From the NCBI GenBank assembly GCA_020891255.1, contig BQFW01000004.1, positions 1,674,001 to 1,738,000 on the forward strand: 64,000 bases of DNA, in the 5' to 3' direction. This document shows, piece after piece, positions 46,931-59,437 of this stretch (within the stretch, counting starts at the first letter, position 1; each line of letters starts with the position of its first letter). The notes beneath the pieces were generated by a model, which saw only the letters and a program-made list of their open reading frames with translations, searched no databases and was not told the origin of the DNA. The position numbers and the translations under genes were made by a program. Origin of the DNA: Entomortierella parvispora E1425 (taxonomy: Eukaryota > Fungi > Mortierellomycota).

Positions 46931-48735
46931 CTATTGCATGTTGCACTCGGGCATATCAGGCATCTTGGGAATACCATCTAATAATGTAAAGATTTTCAGA
47001 ATAAAAAGGAGACGAGTTAGTGTACAGAAAAGCTCATCCTGTTCCGTGGGTATCAAATGGCCTTTGAGAATAACTTACCAGTACCCATCTCAAGACCTGG
47101 GGCCAGTTCATCAAGAATATCAGATGGGGGTTGACCGCAATCTTGCATCTAAAAAGAAGAGATACGGAAAAAAATTATCATTTGTCAGTTGTTTTTTTCC
47201 TACTGCGAAATGGTGAGCCGAGCCTTTTGTTTCGTCCATCCAAATCCAGAAGAACGAACTTACGCCCTGCATGAGATCAATGACACTCTTGGCCTGGGAA
47301 TCGCTCTTGTCATCAAAATCGGGCCGGTCAAAGAACTCGACAATCTCCTTGACATATCCGTACTGCTTCTCATAACGGGCATATTCTGATTCAGAGATTT
47401 TGTCCTTGTTGTCCTTAAGCCATTGTGGGTACTATAGATCGAGAAAAAGAAAAAAACAAGATTAGTATACTTTTAGAATTGGATCGCCACCACTTTGCAC
47501 GAGAGATTCGCGGATTTGAAAAATGACGCATACCTTCTGCTGCAAATCCAACATGGGCTCGTAAAGGATATCCTTGGACATCAACTGTTCCATCATGCCC
47601 TCCAGAACGTTCTGGAAATCACCACCCTCAGCCATACCCTCCATCTGCTTCATCATCTCAGCCATCAAAGCCTCCTCAGACTCCTCAGCAACCTGGGCCT
47701 ATGATATTCAATACGAATAAATGCAAGTTTTTGTTAGATCAAGGTCGTGAATAGCATTTGGGTCTTGGTCGCCAATGATTGCCCTGTATTGCCGATTTCC
47801 ATTGTGAAAAAAGACCAATTTTCTTGTTCAACCCTCGAGTGGACGCAGATGAGCCCATGCAGTGGAACCAAGAAAAAAGAGGGCAAAAAAAAAAAAAAAA
47901 GTGATCGCGTTCGTCCAACACGTATTTGCATCGGATCGGCAGCCAGTCCATTATCCGATTGTCCCTCAAGCCGAGTGACTCCAGCAGACGGAAGTCCAGA
48001 CGTATTTCCATGCAGTCGCTTCCAAAGATTTCCGATTGACAAAAGAATCCTTCCACAACACCCTCTTCCCAATGCCTCCGCTGGTCTGCATATAAACCTA
48101 TCTATCTATACTTACATCCACCTGGTCTGAACTGTCCTTGAGCTTATCCATGGTCTTTGCGATTCTATCCTGGAAGCTGGCAGATCCTGCACCCTTTGCG
48201 CTTGTAGCAGGTGTGGAAGCAGCGGCAGCAGCGGGGGCCTTGCCGTTGACATCCAAGCCCTTGAACATCTCCTCGAAGGATTTTTGAAGTTCACTGTTAC
48301 CGCTCATCTCCTTCATGAGTTCTTCCATGCCTGAGGCGAGTTGCTTTGAGAACTCTGCGTCGAGTCCACCGGCGTCGAGCTCATCGTCCTCGTTCTCCTC
48401 TGGGTGCAACAGAAGGGACTCGGGTGTCCGTGTGGCCTTTGGTGATGTGGAAGAAGAGGCTGAAGACGTGCCTTCGGCTGCCTTTTGGGTCGAAGAGGGC
48501 TTGACAGGGGTTGCGGGCTTGGCGGCGGTGAAACCATCCAGGGCGCCTACATCAACAGCAAAGAGATGGACATGTGAGATTGGGAGGGGAGCAAAGACAA
48601 AACGTGGAGATGACAGAGATGGTTCCTGAGCGAGATGAAAGAAGAAAAGAAGAAAAGAAAAGTAGGCTCACCATCCAAAAAGTCATCGTCCAGATCGTCC
48701 TCGACAACCGTGGGGTTCTTCTTGATTTCAGGCAT
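46931..48735 (-). CDS. PEX19: Peroxin 19, peroxisomal membrane protein receptor; 6 exons
   Basis: DDLDDDFLD N-terminus, MMEQLMSKDILYEPMLDLQQK|YPQWL, MQDCGQPPSDI and C-terminal CaaX CNMQ. Confidence 0.95.
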
Positions 48736-49217
48736 GGTATGTATGTGAATGTGGATGTGGGTGTGGGTGGGAGTGAGAGGGCGAGAGAGAGTGAATGAGG
48801 AGGAGAGAGTGAGCGAAAGCAAAAGGAGTGGAGAAGGCGTGCACACAAAAGAAGCGAACAAAAGAAAGAAAGCGAACACTGCAAGAAAAGAAGGTTCGAG
48901 TCGGACAGAGCGTCGAGTGGCCTCTCACCTCACAGCACGGCCCGGAGACGATCTCGTTGCTTTTGGGCACACCCACACCCACGCACTTCTGCCCGTGTGT
49001 CCCGATCACATGGCAGATGGCACCCACCAAAAAAAATAATTTTTCGGTTTTCTTCTTCCCCTTCGTCGCACCTCCACCACCAAGACGCGTCTCGTAAAGT
49101 GTCCTCTTGGCATCCCATAGACACGCTACATCGAGCATCGTATCGTTAAATTTGTTTATATTTGTTATAGAGATCCTTCATTACTATCGTCCATGCCTTC
49201 CTTGACTCCAGTCCTGT

Positions 49218-52067
49218 CTAGCTGCGGTACCCGTTCTTGCCACCACTTGGTGTTCCTCGACCAACGCTGCTAGCTCGACTGCTACCCCGGTACCGGAGTG
49301 TCTCGATCTCCTCCTGCTCCTCCACTACCCCCATGTCATCTTCGGACTCCAAGTCCTGGTCACGGGAACGTCTGAATCCGTTCTCTTTCCGATGACTCTG
49401 ATCGTCTTTGGACGACGCGGCCTGGCCAGCAGAGAGACGTCGCAGATTTGCGTGAGATCCAATCAAGGATGCCCTCGTTGAAGCATTTCCAGAGATCGAT
49501 TCCCCTTTCCGTGGACGTCCACGGAGTTCAAGGACCACGGACCAGATCGACGGCACTGCAGCAAAGAGAACAGGCCCCATTAACAAACCCTTCGTACCCC
49601 ACTTCATGCCTCCCAAAAAGATCCAAAGACCGAGCCAGAAAGCAGACGAGACACCTGGGCGGGCGTTTTTGACCACATGTGAATCCCAAACGGCACCATC
49701 CACCAAATTGGTCATCAAGAGATGGCCCACCGCCATGGCGATCGCCTCCGTGAGGCGCTGACCGTACACATAAAAGTGAACGATTGCACCAGGAAGAGAG
49801 ACCAACCAGTTGGGTGCGATAGGGAAGAGCGTCAAGACGATACCTGCGAAGGAGGTCAACCAAGCATACTTCACATCAACAAAGTCAGAGGATGCCGATC
49901 CAAGAGCAACCTGGGACATGACTCGGTCCGCCAACAGATAGGTCCATGCCACAGTAAAGATGGTGTGGTAAACCGACAGCTTGAACATGGCGATAAATGT
50001 GCCCGAGATTGAAAATTCAATGCTCTTTGCTAAAACTCGTCCTGGAGAGGCAGAGGTTGAGAGCTGGAGCGATCCAAAAGAAGAGGGAGAAGAGGCGAGG
50101 GCCTGATCAATGAGCCAGCCGAGTCGCTGAAGGGGCGAGACCTTCAATCCAGTAAAAGTCATCAATCCAAGCAAGAACAGAATCCATCGGAAAAGTAGGT
50201 CGTTGAAGACATTGAATCCGTAGAGCATCGATTCCGTGTTCAATCCCTTGTATCCAAGTACAACACTCAAAAGGTACTTTGCCTGAGAAATATTGATCGC
50301 CCTCTGCTTCTCAGTCGTTTGCAAATGGAGCCCATGCTTATGGGTGCGGATCTGTGGAAGTCCCAGAGACTGGAGGGTGGGAATAACCCAAAGCTCAGGC
50401 TCCTCCCGTCCTCTGCCCGCGAATGGTGAGGAATTACAAGTCGATCCGGATGCATCGGAAGAGCCGTTGAATACGGATTGAGCCATATCATGCATCGCCA
50501 TCACTGCGCGGAAGTCGGCCTGGTTCGTCTCGTTGACTTGGCATTTACTGTCCTTCTGTTCCTTGTCTGAGCTTAGATCAACAACGACAAGGGCCACCTC
50601 TGATGCCCATTCTGCAGCTCCCCAGGCAATATCAGGGAAAGCATTCTTCAAAATGGGGTCAAACCAATCCAGTCCAGCCTCGTATGCCTGCGACAATGCT
50701 TCGTCAGCCTGCTGAACCAAAGCTGGTTTCACAGTGGCGACAGGTTCGGAGCCGTCGCTGACGTCCTGAAGCAAATGAGCGCGATAGTCCCGAAGCTGAA
50801 CTACTCTGTGGTGAGTCTGCGACATGAGTCCCTGGACGTCGTGTGCGACTCCGATCGAAAGAATAGCCGTCAATGATCCCACAACAGCCAACGTCAGGAA
50901 CACGACGGCAGTGGCGATAGTCGAGTTAAGGCTTTCCTGGACAGCTTTCCTGATCATCCTGGGCACAGTGTTGAGAACTGATTGCTCTCGTTGTTCCTCT
51001 GGTGTCAAGTTGGGGTAGACAATTCGTTCCACCATTGCAACGATTTGGCCCAGGCATGAGTACTGGATATGCAAAAGAACAGCGACCAACAGGAAGTTCA
51101 ACTGACGCTGCGTTCCAAATTGTACACCGTCCCAGATTGACTTTGCAAAGCTCCAAAGCTCAGCAGGGGTGCCCAATTGCAATAGTCCATAAATAAATGC
51201 GGCTCTCAGCAGATTCAAGTACGAAGGCCAGTTGGCGGGTCTTGCATATTCGTCGGGTTCCTGCTCCACAAGAACCTGGTAGCTGGGATGAAGTTCATAA
51301 TCATCCTCATCGTCAATCTGGTCGAGCTCGGCATGTTCAGTGAAAGGAGTCGATTCTTTCCCTTTGCTCCAGAAGCCGTTGGCAGCTGCAGTTCCGTTCT
51401 CCCTTGTAAGCTTTGAGCTCTTTTCCTTCCGAGGCCGTCCGTCGCAAATCATGTAAACAACGTAGCAATATCCCAAGAAAATGGCCCTGATGCCATTGGT
51501 GATGTAGCTCCCTAAGAAGAACTATGTCGGAAAAGAGGTACATGTCAGTATATGAGGAACTAAAACAAAAGGCCACAGAGGTGTGGTACAGCGGGATTAC
51601 CTGTAAAACAAATGTAACGATTCCTCCAACGGTTGAAGCCACAATGTCCATGATATCCTGCTCGAGCGCCTCGTGGAGCACTGGTACCAAGCTGGACTTG
51701 AGGGCATGCTGTATAGCAATAAAGAACAACACCCATTTAGTTTTCAGAACACAATGTGGCTAGCAAATCACCAGTCAATGTGACATTCTCGCTCAAGCTT
51801 TGCGACTTACAAGAGGCACTGACAAAGCAGCGGCCCAGAAGAGGGGTGTCCAGAACGGAATGATTCTACCGATAAAAGGCGCATGAAGGCAGACATGTTT
51901 AGCAACGCGTTCTTGGAAAAAAAGTTCGATTGCTCACAATAAACTGAAATGTAAGGGTCATCGTACATGGCATAATTGGTCCAGAGAATGAGGCCAAAGT
52001 AAATAAAGAGGATAGTAACCGTGCAGAGCACGAGGGCGTCCTTTGGCTGGAGCGTGGGGAGGGGCAT
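49218..52067 (-). CDS. TMEM245-like / AI-2E-family multi-pass membrane protein; 4 exons
   Basis: PFWTPLFWAAALSVPL|HALK near the N-terminus. C-terminal LTLFPIAPNWLVSLPGA and GLWIFLGGMKWGTKGLLMGP, typical of the AI-2E/TMEM245 end. Many hydrophobic helices. Confidence 0.75.
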
Positions 52068-52312
52068 GAGAGGATGAACGTGAGGATTCAATCCATGAGA
52101 GAGAGGGAGCGTGGAAGAGATTCGAAAAGACAACAACTGTGCTGACTTCAGCGAGGCGGAGCCAAGGCACGCGAGCGGCGAGCGAGCGAGCCAGTCACGT
52201 GAAGTTAAGGGGGCCAAGCCGGAATGAAGCGTGGCCACCTTCGCATGCATGCGATGGACTCTAATTCCTCATTAAACCGCCAGCTCAGGAAACAACAACA
52301 CAACAATTCAGC

Positions 52313-54114
52313 ATGGCTCCTCGGACACATATTGCTGTCATTGGCGGTGGAATCTCGGGCCTGTCAACTGCATGGTATCTAGCCCGAACAGCACCTCCTA
52401 GTGTCGCTATCACGTTATTGGAAAGCTCGAAAAGAACTGGCGGTTGGATCAGTTCGGATCGTGTCAAGGATCCAGCCCATCCCGGAGGAACTATCCTGTT
52501 GGAGCGCGGGCCCCGCTCACTGCGACCTCAAGGGATCAGCGGATTAAACACCTTGGAAATGGTACTATCTTCGACCTATGTATTGCCTGGGACCCCTTTC
52601 CCACGGTAGAACATGTCATTGACCAGTCACTGGGTGTTTGCTATCGTGCACAATATTAGGTCGGGGATCTCGGTATTGAATCAAGCTTGGTGCCAGTGTC
52701 AAAGTCCTCGCCTGCTGCCAAGAACCGCTTCATTTATTCGCGAAACAAACTGCACAAACTTCCTTCATCGATCATGGGAGCACTCACCCATCCTCTATTG
52801 GGCCCCAAGTTGCCAAGAGCAGGACTGGATCTCGTGGTAGCCAACAGTGGACAAGAAGATGAGAGCATCCAGGAGTTTGTCACTCGGCGTTTTGGAAAAG
52901 GATTCTCGGACGATCTGATCTCAGCTATGGTCCATGGAATCTATGCTGGAGACGTAAGCAAGTTATCCGTCAGGTCCACTTTCGGAATGCTTTACCATCT
53001 GGAGAAGGACTATAGGTCAGTAGCCCTCGGTTTGCTGATGGGTGGAGGAGGACCTATCGAGACGCCGTGGGATCATAAGCTGAAAGAAGGAATCACAAAG
53101 CGGATGCCGGATCTTGGCGATTTTGTGTCAAAGACAAGCATTTATTCTTTCACCGATGGGCTCGAAGTGCTATCCAGAGCCCTGGAAAAGGATCTTAAGA
53201 ACAGTGGACGCGTCGATATCCGAAAAGATTCCAGAGTTAAGAAGCTCGATTTTGATTTATCACGAAGGACAGTGAAGGTAGGTCAAGAAAACTTTTTAAA
53301 GTTTTAATATCGATCTCCAAGGAAAATGTCCTAAAAAGACCTTTTTTTTTTGTTGCTAAATTAGATCTCTATGAAGAACCACGAACCTCTCTCGGTCGAC
53401 CATGTCATTGCCGCCCTGCCTCCTCGCAAGCTTCACAGTCTCCTAGCAAAGGATCACCCAGAACTGGTCTATGACCCCTCGGTCACTGTTGCGGTTGTCA
53501 ACCTGGTCTACTCTTCTGAAAACGCCAAACTTGCTTCTCCTGGATTTGGATATCTGATCCCACGCTCTGAAGACTCCACCGTGAAGCATAATGGCTTGCT
53601 TGGCGTCGTCTATGATTCATGCTCGATTACTTCCCAAGATCAGGGCCCAAGCAGGGACCATACATTGAAACTTACAGCCATGATTGGAGGCCACATGTTT
53701 GATGAGGTCACCTCAGGGCATAATCAAAACAACGAGGAATTAGAGTCTTTTTTTATCGAGACCGCAAAGGAAACAGTACGGAAACATCTCCAGATCGAAG
53801 CCGCACCAGAGTTGGTCAAGGCTCACATCCACCGGGAGTGCATTCCCCAATATCTGGTCGGGCATCTCGAGCGCATGCAGACACTGGATGAAAGACTCCG
53901 ATCGGATTACGACGGCCTATTGGCCGTAACCGGAGCTGGTTATCTGGGCGTAAGTGTGAACGATTGCATCAAGAATGCTCGAGAGGTGGCCGAGGCCGTT
54001 TTATCACGCTTCCAGGAAGACGAGGGAGAGGAGGACAGTGAGGAGAAAAAAGAGGCAAAACTGGTGGGCAAACACGAAGCAGTGACCGGACTGGAGCGGT
54101 CTTGGTTCTTGTAA
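52313..54114 (+). CDS. HEM14: Protoporphyrinogen oxidase. Exons 52313-52561, 52660-53277, about 53365-54114
   Basis: FAD-binding IAVIGGGISGLSTAWYL, LERGPRSLR, ESIQEFVTRRFG, GIYAGD, PGFGYLIP, CIPQYLVGH and GVSVNDCI. Confidence 0.95.
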
Positions 54115-56162
54115 AAAGTGTTAAAATATATATTTGCCTATTCAAACAAATCGCATCATCATGTCTGGAAGGTGGACGAGGTAGGGGGATCGACGATTGC
54201 CAAGATCGCATTGAATGGTCCGAGAAGGAGATTTCTTTTGCAGTGTTTACTGTTTTTGCTCACGGTTTGACGAATCGTTGAACTGATCGTGCCACTCATC
54301 GAACCATGGCACCTCAAGATACTTGGGCGCAGCGGTGTCAGATTTGGTATTACAATCTTGTTTACTGCGGAAGAAAACCCCTCACCTCAGGCAGGTCGGA
54401 GAACAGTTTCCAGACTTTGAAATGATGGCCGGGATTGGCTCAAAAAGCCCTCTCGCCCCCAAGGCGCCATGCATGTCTCGACCTTGTTTCGATGCATCGG
54501 ATATCTTTTAGGAATCTGTGGCTCTCTTATTTTTTTCATTCATTGACAAAACGGGTCTTCATCCGAAAGGAAACGAACAACAGAAAAATGTCCGACAGGC
54601 TGCCGTCGAGTTTGCCCCATCTGCTCTCGGCCTCGTTTTGCACCCCGAGGAGGCTTCTTTGACACGCATGGTTTCTCCAGCGCCACAAGTTGCTGCTGAA
54701 ATGATAACCTTGTTTTCATGATCTTGTCTCCCTTTGCCTATTATGTTTTGATCGCCAATAAAATTGGGCAAAACCGACCATCCCGAGGGAGCGCTGTTGC
54801 CGCAACGAAACTCTACTCGTGTGAGCCAAGATGCCGTTTTTCCTCCATGACCTGGGTCACGGTTTTTGGCGACTGTCCCCCTTCTTCCATCATTGTGTCA
54901 CCGAGCTAGCGTTGATCGGGGGGGGGGGGGGGCGTGGGCGCAGGTCCATACGGTAATTGAAATAAGTGTTGTCTTATGCTTTTTTTGCTGACGGATAACC
55001 CCCTTTGTTTTTGTCGCCGCTTGCTGGCAATGCCGGGGAAAGAGTGAAAGAGGATGGCAATAATAGGTCGGCTTCGATATCAAAATATCCCATGGACACT
55101 TCGTCACCAACGAACGCGGACGGTTCAACAAACCGTGCTAGTTGTTCTCGCACGCGGCCCAAGCTTCTGACTAGAGCTTTTTGATGACTTTGCGCCGTCA
55201 TAATAATAGTTGAACAACTTGCCCTGTTCAACTATTTAAGCCTTGACGAATAACAACTAGAGAGCTCTACTTGGCCCTGCGCTGCGAAGACGTTTTTTGT
55301 CTGGGTCATTCAAGAAAAAAGAATCTCAAGAAATCAAAGAACGAAAGCAAGCGTCCCCCCATCCCCATCGACGGAGAGTCAGGCACAAAAAAAAAGAGTT
55401 GATCGTCTGTAGGACGAGGTACCCAGAGTTATGAAAGCAAACACAAAAATAACAATGATGGTGACCAAGAATGGTGAGCAACGGTAGGTACTTGTCTGAA
55501 TGAATTGTTTACAAGAATGGCGCCTGGATTCCGTCGTTCTATGCATTTCGTGTTTGGGCCGTAATTGAGACGAGCATTATCGGAAGATACCCGGACTGTT
55601 AGATCGGTGCCTTATTTGAGCATTTGCTGGCCAGGGTTGCATCTTGTCGGAGGTACAAACTACACAGTGATAAAAACAAAGACGAGACTATAGAGTAAAA
55701 GACCAAGGCAGGTTGGTTGCTTTAGCGTCGATGAATGGGGTTGCATGCCGCCGCTTTCTGGTTGGCCTGCATTTTTGTGCACATTGTTCCCTGGGAAAGA
55801 CCAAATCGCCCTTTCCGAGTAAGGCAACGACTTTGAAAACTGGGGAAATGTTTGTCTATCCCACATGGGGCATTGGTGTCGTCTTTGACGCTGGATGTGT
55901 GTGCCGTACCTGGTGGCAGAGCGGCCGCTTTGGGAAGAGGGCGTGGTCAGCATGGACAACGGACGCCAAATATAAATTCTCAACCTGTGTCAGTACGATA
56001 CTCTTTTTTCCCTCTTCTTCCTTGCTTTGCTGTCTCATCCACTCGATCACCCTTTCTCTATCCCTTCCACCAAGCCGCACTCATTCTGCCCTTCCTACCT
56101 TTTTTTTATCCTCCATACAGACTTCCAGACATACCCGCACTCTTCCACAAGCTCTTTAGAAT

Positions 56163-57879
56163 ATGGACCAAAAGCGAGAAGTCAGCGACCAGTCACTGAG
56201 TGAAGAAGGCAAGATCGACTTCGATCACTCTCCTGAGAAATCAAAGGAAGTTCATGACGACAACGACCTCAAGGCCAACATCCAAGTGGCTGGTCCTATC
56301 CCGCTGGCTGCCTGGCTCATCATCGTCAGTAAGTTCCACTTCATGTCAGGCTACTTTTCTGCCATTTGCCAATGTCAGACGCGTTAGAAACTAACTGTAC
56401 TTTGATCTATCCTCTTCCTTAGCTGAGCTGTGCGAACGTTTCGCTTACTATGGTGCGTCAATGCTCTTCCAGCGCTATATGCTCGAAAAGCTGTTAATTG
56501 CCAAGGGTAAAGCGACGGCCATCAACAGAGGATTCCAATTCATGTCCTATATCACTACGATCTTTGGTGCCGTCGTGGCTGACAAGTGGCTCGGGAAGTT
56601 CAAAACTGTGCTCATCTTTGCCATTGTCTACACCCTGGGTCTCGTCCTGTTGACCGTCTCTGCGATCCCCAAGCTTGCGCCTGATATGGGCTACGCTGGA
56701 TTCATGGTCTCTCTCTACTGTTTGCTTTCTTGGGGCACCGGCGGTATCAAGTCCAACGTCTCTACTTTCGCAGCCGAGCAGATCCCTGACCGAGATTACG
56801 CACATCCCACGAAAACTGGCGTCACCATCAACCACGCCATCAGCGTCGAACGTATCTTCCGCTACTTTTACATGGCCATCAACGTCGGTGGTCTCCTTGG
56901 TCAGGGCATCACCCCCAATGTCACGGACAAGGGTTGGGATCTGGCCTTTATGATCCCTGCTATCGTCTTTGTAGTCGGTATCATTGTCTTTGCTGCTGGC
57001 AAGAACAAGTATTACGATCGACCCCCTAATGGAACCATTCTGGGCAAGACTTTTCGCTGTGTTTACTACGGATTCCGTCACCGCAGCGAGCGTCCTGCAG
57101 GTACACACTGGATCCAGGGCGCTCAACCCATTGAAGGTCAGACATTGGAATGGGACCACAAGTTTGTGAATGACCTTGAGGTCACGTACCACGCTTGCAA
57201 GGTTTTCATGGTCTACCCCCTCTACTGGGCTCTTTACAACAACATGTCGGATAACTTTGTGAACATGGGCATCAACATGCGAAGACCCCACTGGATCAAG
57301 CCTGAGAGTTTATCATTTGTGAACTCTCTTGTCATTGTCATCTTTATTCCGATCTTGGACATGCTTGTCTTCCCCTTGCTTCGCAGGGCTGGTTACCGTC
57401 TTGGACCAGTGACCCGTATCATCATTGGATTCTGCATTGTTAGCTTTTGCTTCATCTATGTCACGGTCCTACAGCACTTCTTATACAAGACGGGACCCTA
57501 CTACGATTTCACAGGGAAGGACCCCAACGACCCCAACCACCACATTGATGTGCCAAAGGCGGGCGAAGGCGAAGCGATCAACGACTTGACGATCTGGGCT
57601 CAATTGCCAGCCTACCTTTTGATCGGTATCTCTGAAATCTTTTCCTCTGCCACGGGTCTCGAGTTTGCTTTCAAGTCAGCGGCAGCTGAGCTCAAGTCGG
57701 TCGTCATGAGTTTGTTCTTGGCCACCAACGCCTTTGGTTCTTTGATTGGTATGATCTTGGCTATCTGGTCCAACGATCCCAACTTTGTTTACCTTTACGC
57801 TGCGCAGGCTGTGGCCATGATCATCATGACAGCCCTCTTTGCATGGCGCTTTGCCAAGCTCGACGACTATGTCGATTAA
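56163..57879 (+). CDS. PTR2: POT/PTR-family di/tripeptide transporter; one intron after IIV
   Basis: ELCERFAYYG (ExxERF), GAVVADKWLGKF, GTGGIKSNVSTFAAEQ, FYMAINVGGL and ISEIF..ATGLEFAF..A...LKS. Confidence 0.95.
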
Positions 57880-58071
57880 ACTACCAACACATAATTTTCC
57901 TCTATTTCGGATTGATTGGGAACCTCACCGCCACCGCCCAACCACGCCAATATACATATACTTTGTCATTTCTTTATTCGAACCTCATCTCATGTCGAAA
58001 ATAAAAATAAAAATAACCCTCCCCCCCAAAAAAACTACACGCCAATGGTATCTCGTTGTCCCGAGCGACGT

Positions 58072-58808
58072 TTAAACGCCTACAATTCGGAGGTTGCCCT
58101 CGGCAATAGTCTTGTAGGCCGCTGTCTGCCTCCATTCAACGTAGGAAGGGATGGAGTTGACCTTTTGGTAGACGGCCCAGATACCGGGGGTTTTGCTCTC
58201 GGACACAAACTTGTCTTCAGTCAAGGAAACAATGGTGTGGACGGCGATGGACAATCTCAAATCTGCCAAAGACAACTTTGGAACAAAAGTAGTGTTACTG
58301 CTGTTGTACATTGTGATGGATTAGTCGCGTTGCTGCAGTCGTGTTTTCTTACCTTGTTGCCCACATAGTGACCATTGTTTTGGTTGGCATTCAGATGCAT
58401 CTCCTGCACCGGAACAAACGTGGCCACGGCCTCGTTCAAGAATCGGGCCAACATCGTGGCCTTGTACTCTGGTTGGTCACGGATCGTGGCAACTCTTAAA
58501 AAGTAAAAAGTACTGACGGCCTGGCAGGACGATGCGAAAGCGCGGATCTTGATCTCGTCCCAGGCATCCTCACCCAGTAGTTGAAACTTTTGGGCCAGGT
58601 AGTTTTCAATCGCACCCGACTCTGGGATCTCGATTACCTGGCCCGAGGAAGTGGTCTCGTAAAGAGTGGGGAGAACTCCAAAGAAAGTATCCTTCTTTTC
58701 AACATTTGCCCAATCCTGGTCACAGAAATAAAAGAGCGAGAAATAAAATGGACATCAGACCATGTGGCAGTTCAAAGAAACGAGGACGAAACGAAAGATG
58801 AAGGAATG

Positions 58809-58841
<33 letters not shown>

Positions 58842-59014
58842 GTTCTTACACTTGGAAAGACAGCTTCCCATTTGGCACCAGAAGTGGCAAGGATCAAGCG
58901 GCACGTTTCGGCCATTCCATGCAGACCAAAATACTTGAGTTCGAACGTACTGTCTTGATTCCGAGCGCTCTCGTTTACGAGCGGGCGAACATTGTCATCG
59001 AAGGGACGGGGCAT
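58072..59014 (-). CDS. Glutathione S-transferase (Tyr-type, sigma-like), 243 aa. Exons 59014-58850, 58715-58353, 58275-58072
   Basis: LKYFGLHGMAETCRLIL, FGVLPTL, IPESGAIENYLAQKF and GHYVGNK|LSLADL. All phase-0 GT-AG introns. Confidence 0.92.
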
Positions 59015-59437
59015 TGTTATGGAAGTATGTGGAGATTAGAAGAGGTGTGTTGCAGAGCAGCGATGAGGAAAGAACTGGACCCTTATATTGTCCCGAAAAT
59101 GAGCTGCGCATCTTCTTTCCGTGAGAAAAGGGTAGGGCACAGATATTTTTGATGATGTTATTTGAGCTCATTATGTTTTTTTTGTCTGCGAACGCACATC
59201 AGCTGAACCTGTGTCCGCCGAGAGTGTCGACACTCTGCGACGCAACACGCCGCTCGATGAAAATGAGATTATCCGAATCGTACCCATAGCTTAGCAATGG
59301 CATGACAATGACAATTGTTGCCGCGTATTAATAATGCAATGTAAGCACCCTGTGTTGTCAGCAAAGAACATGCACGGTCGACAAGATCATTCTAGCGACG
59401 CGTCGTGCCTGCAGCGCGACGGTTGCTCCCGTTACTT

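Noticed and set aside
54289-54312. GTGCCA...TGGCAC hairpin with a GGTTCGA-like core on the minus strand
   Set aside because: No cloverleaf, acceptor stem or A-box, so it is not a tRNA.
54115-56162. 2-kb gap between HEM14 and PTR2 with several short ORFs
   Set aside because: No ORF shows a motif, convincing splice structure or homology to window genes. Treated as a terminator plus the PTR2 upstream region.
56494-57291. 265-aa minus-strand ORF
   Set aside because: Antisense shadow of PTR2.
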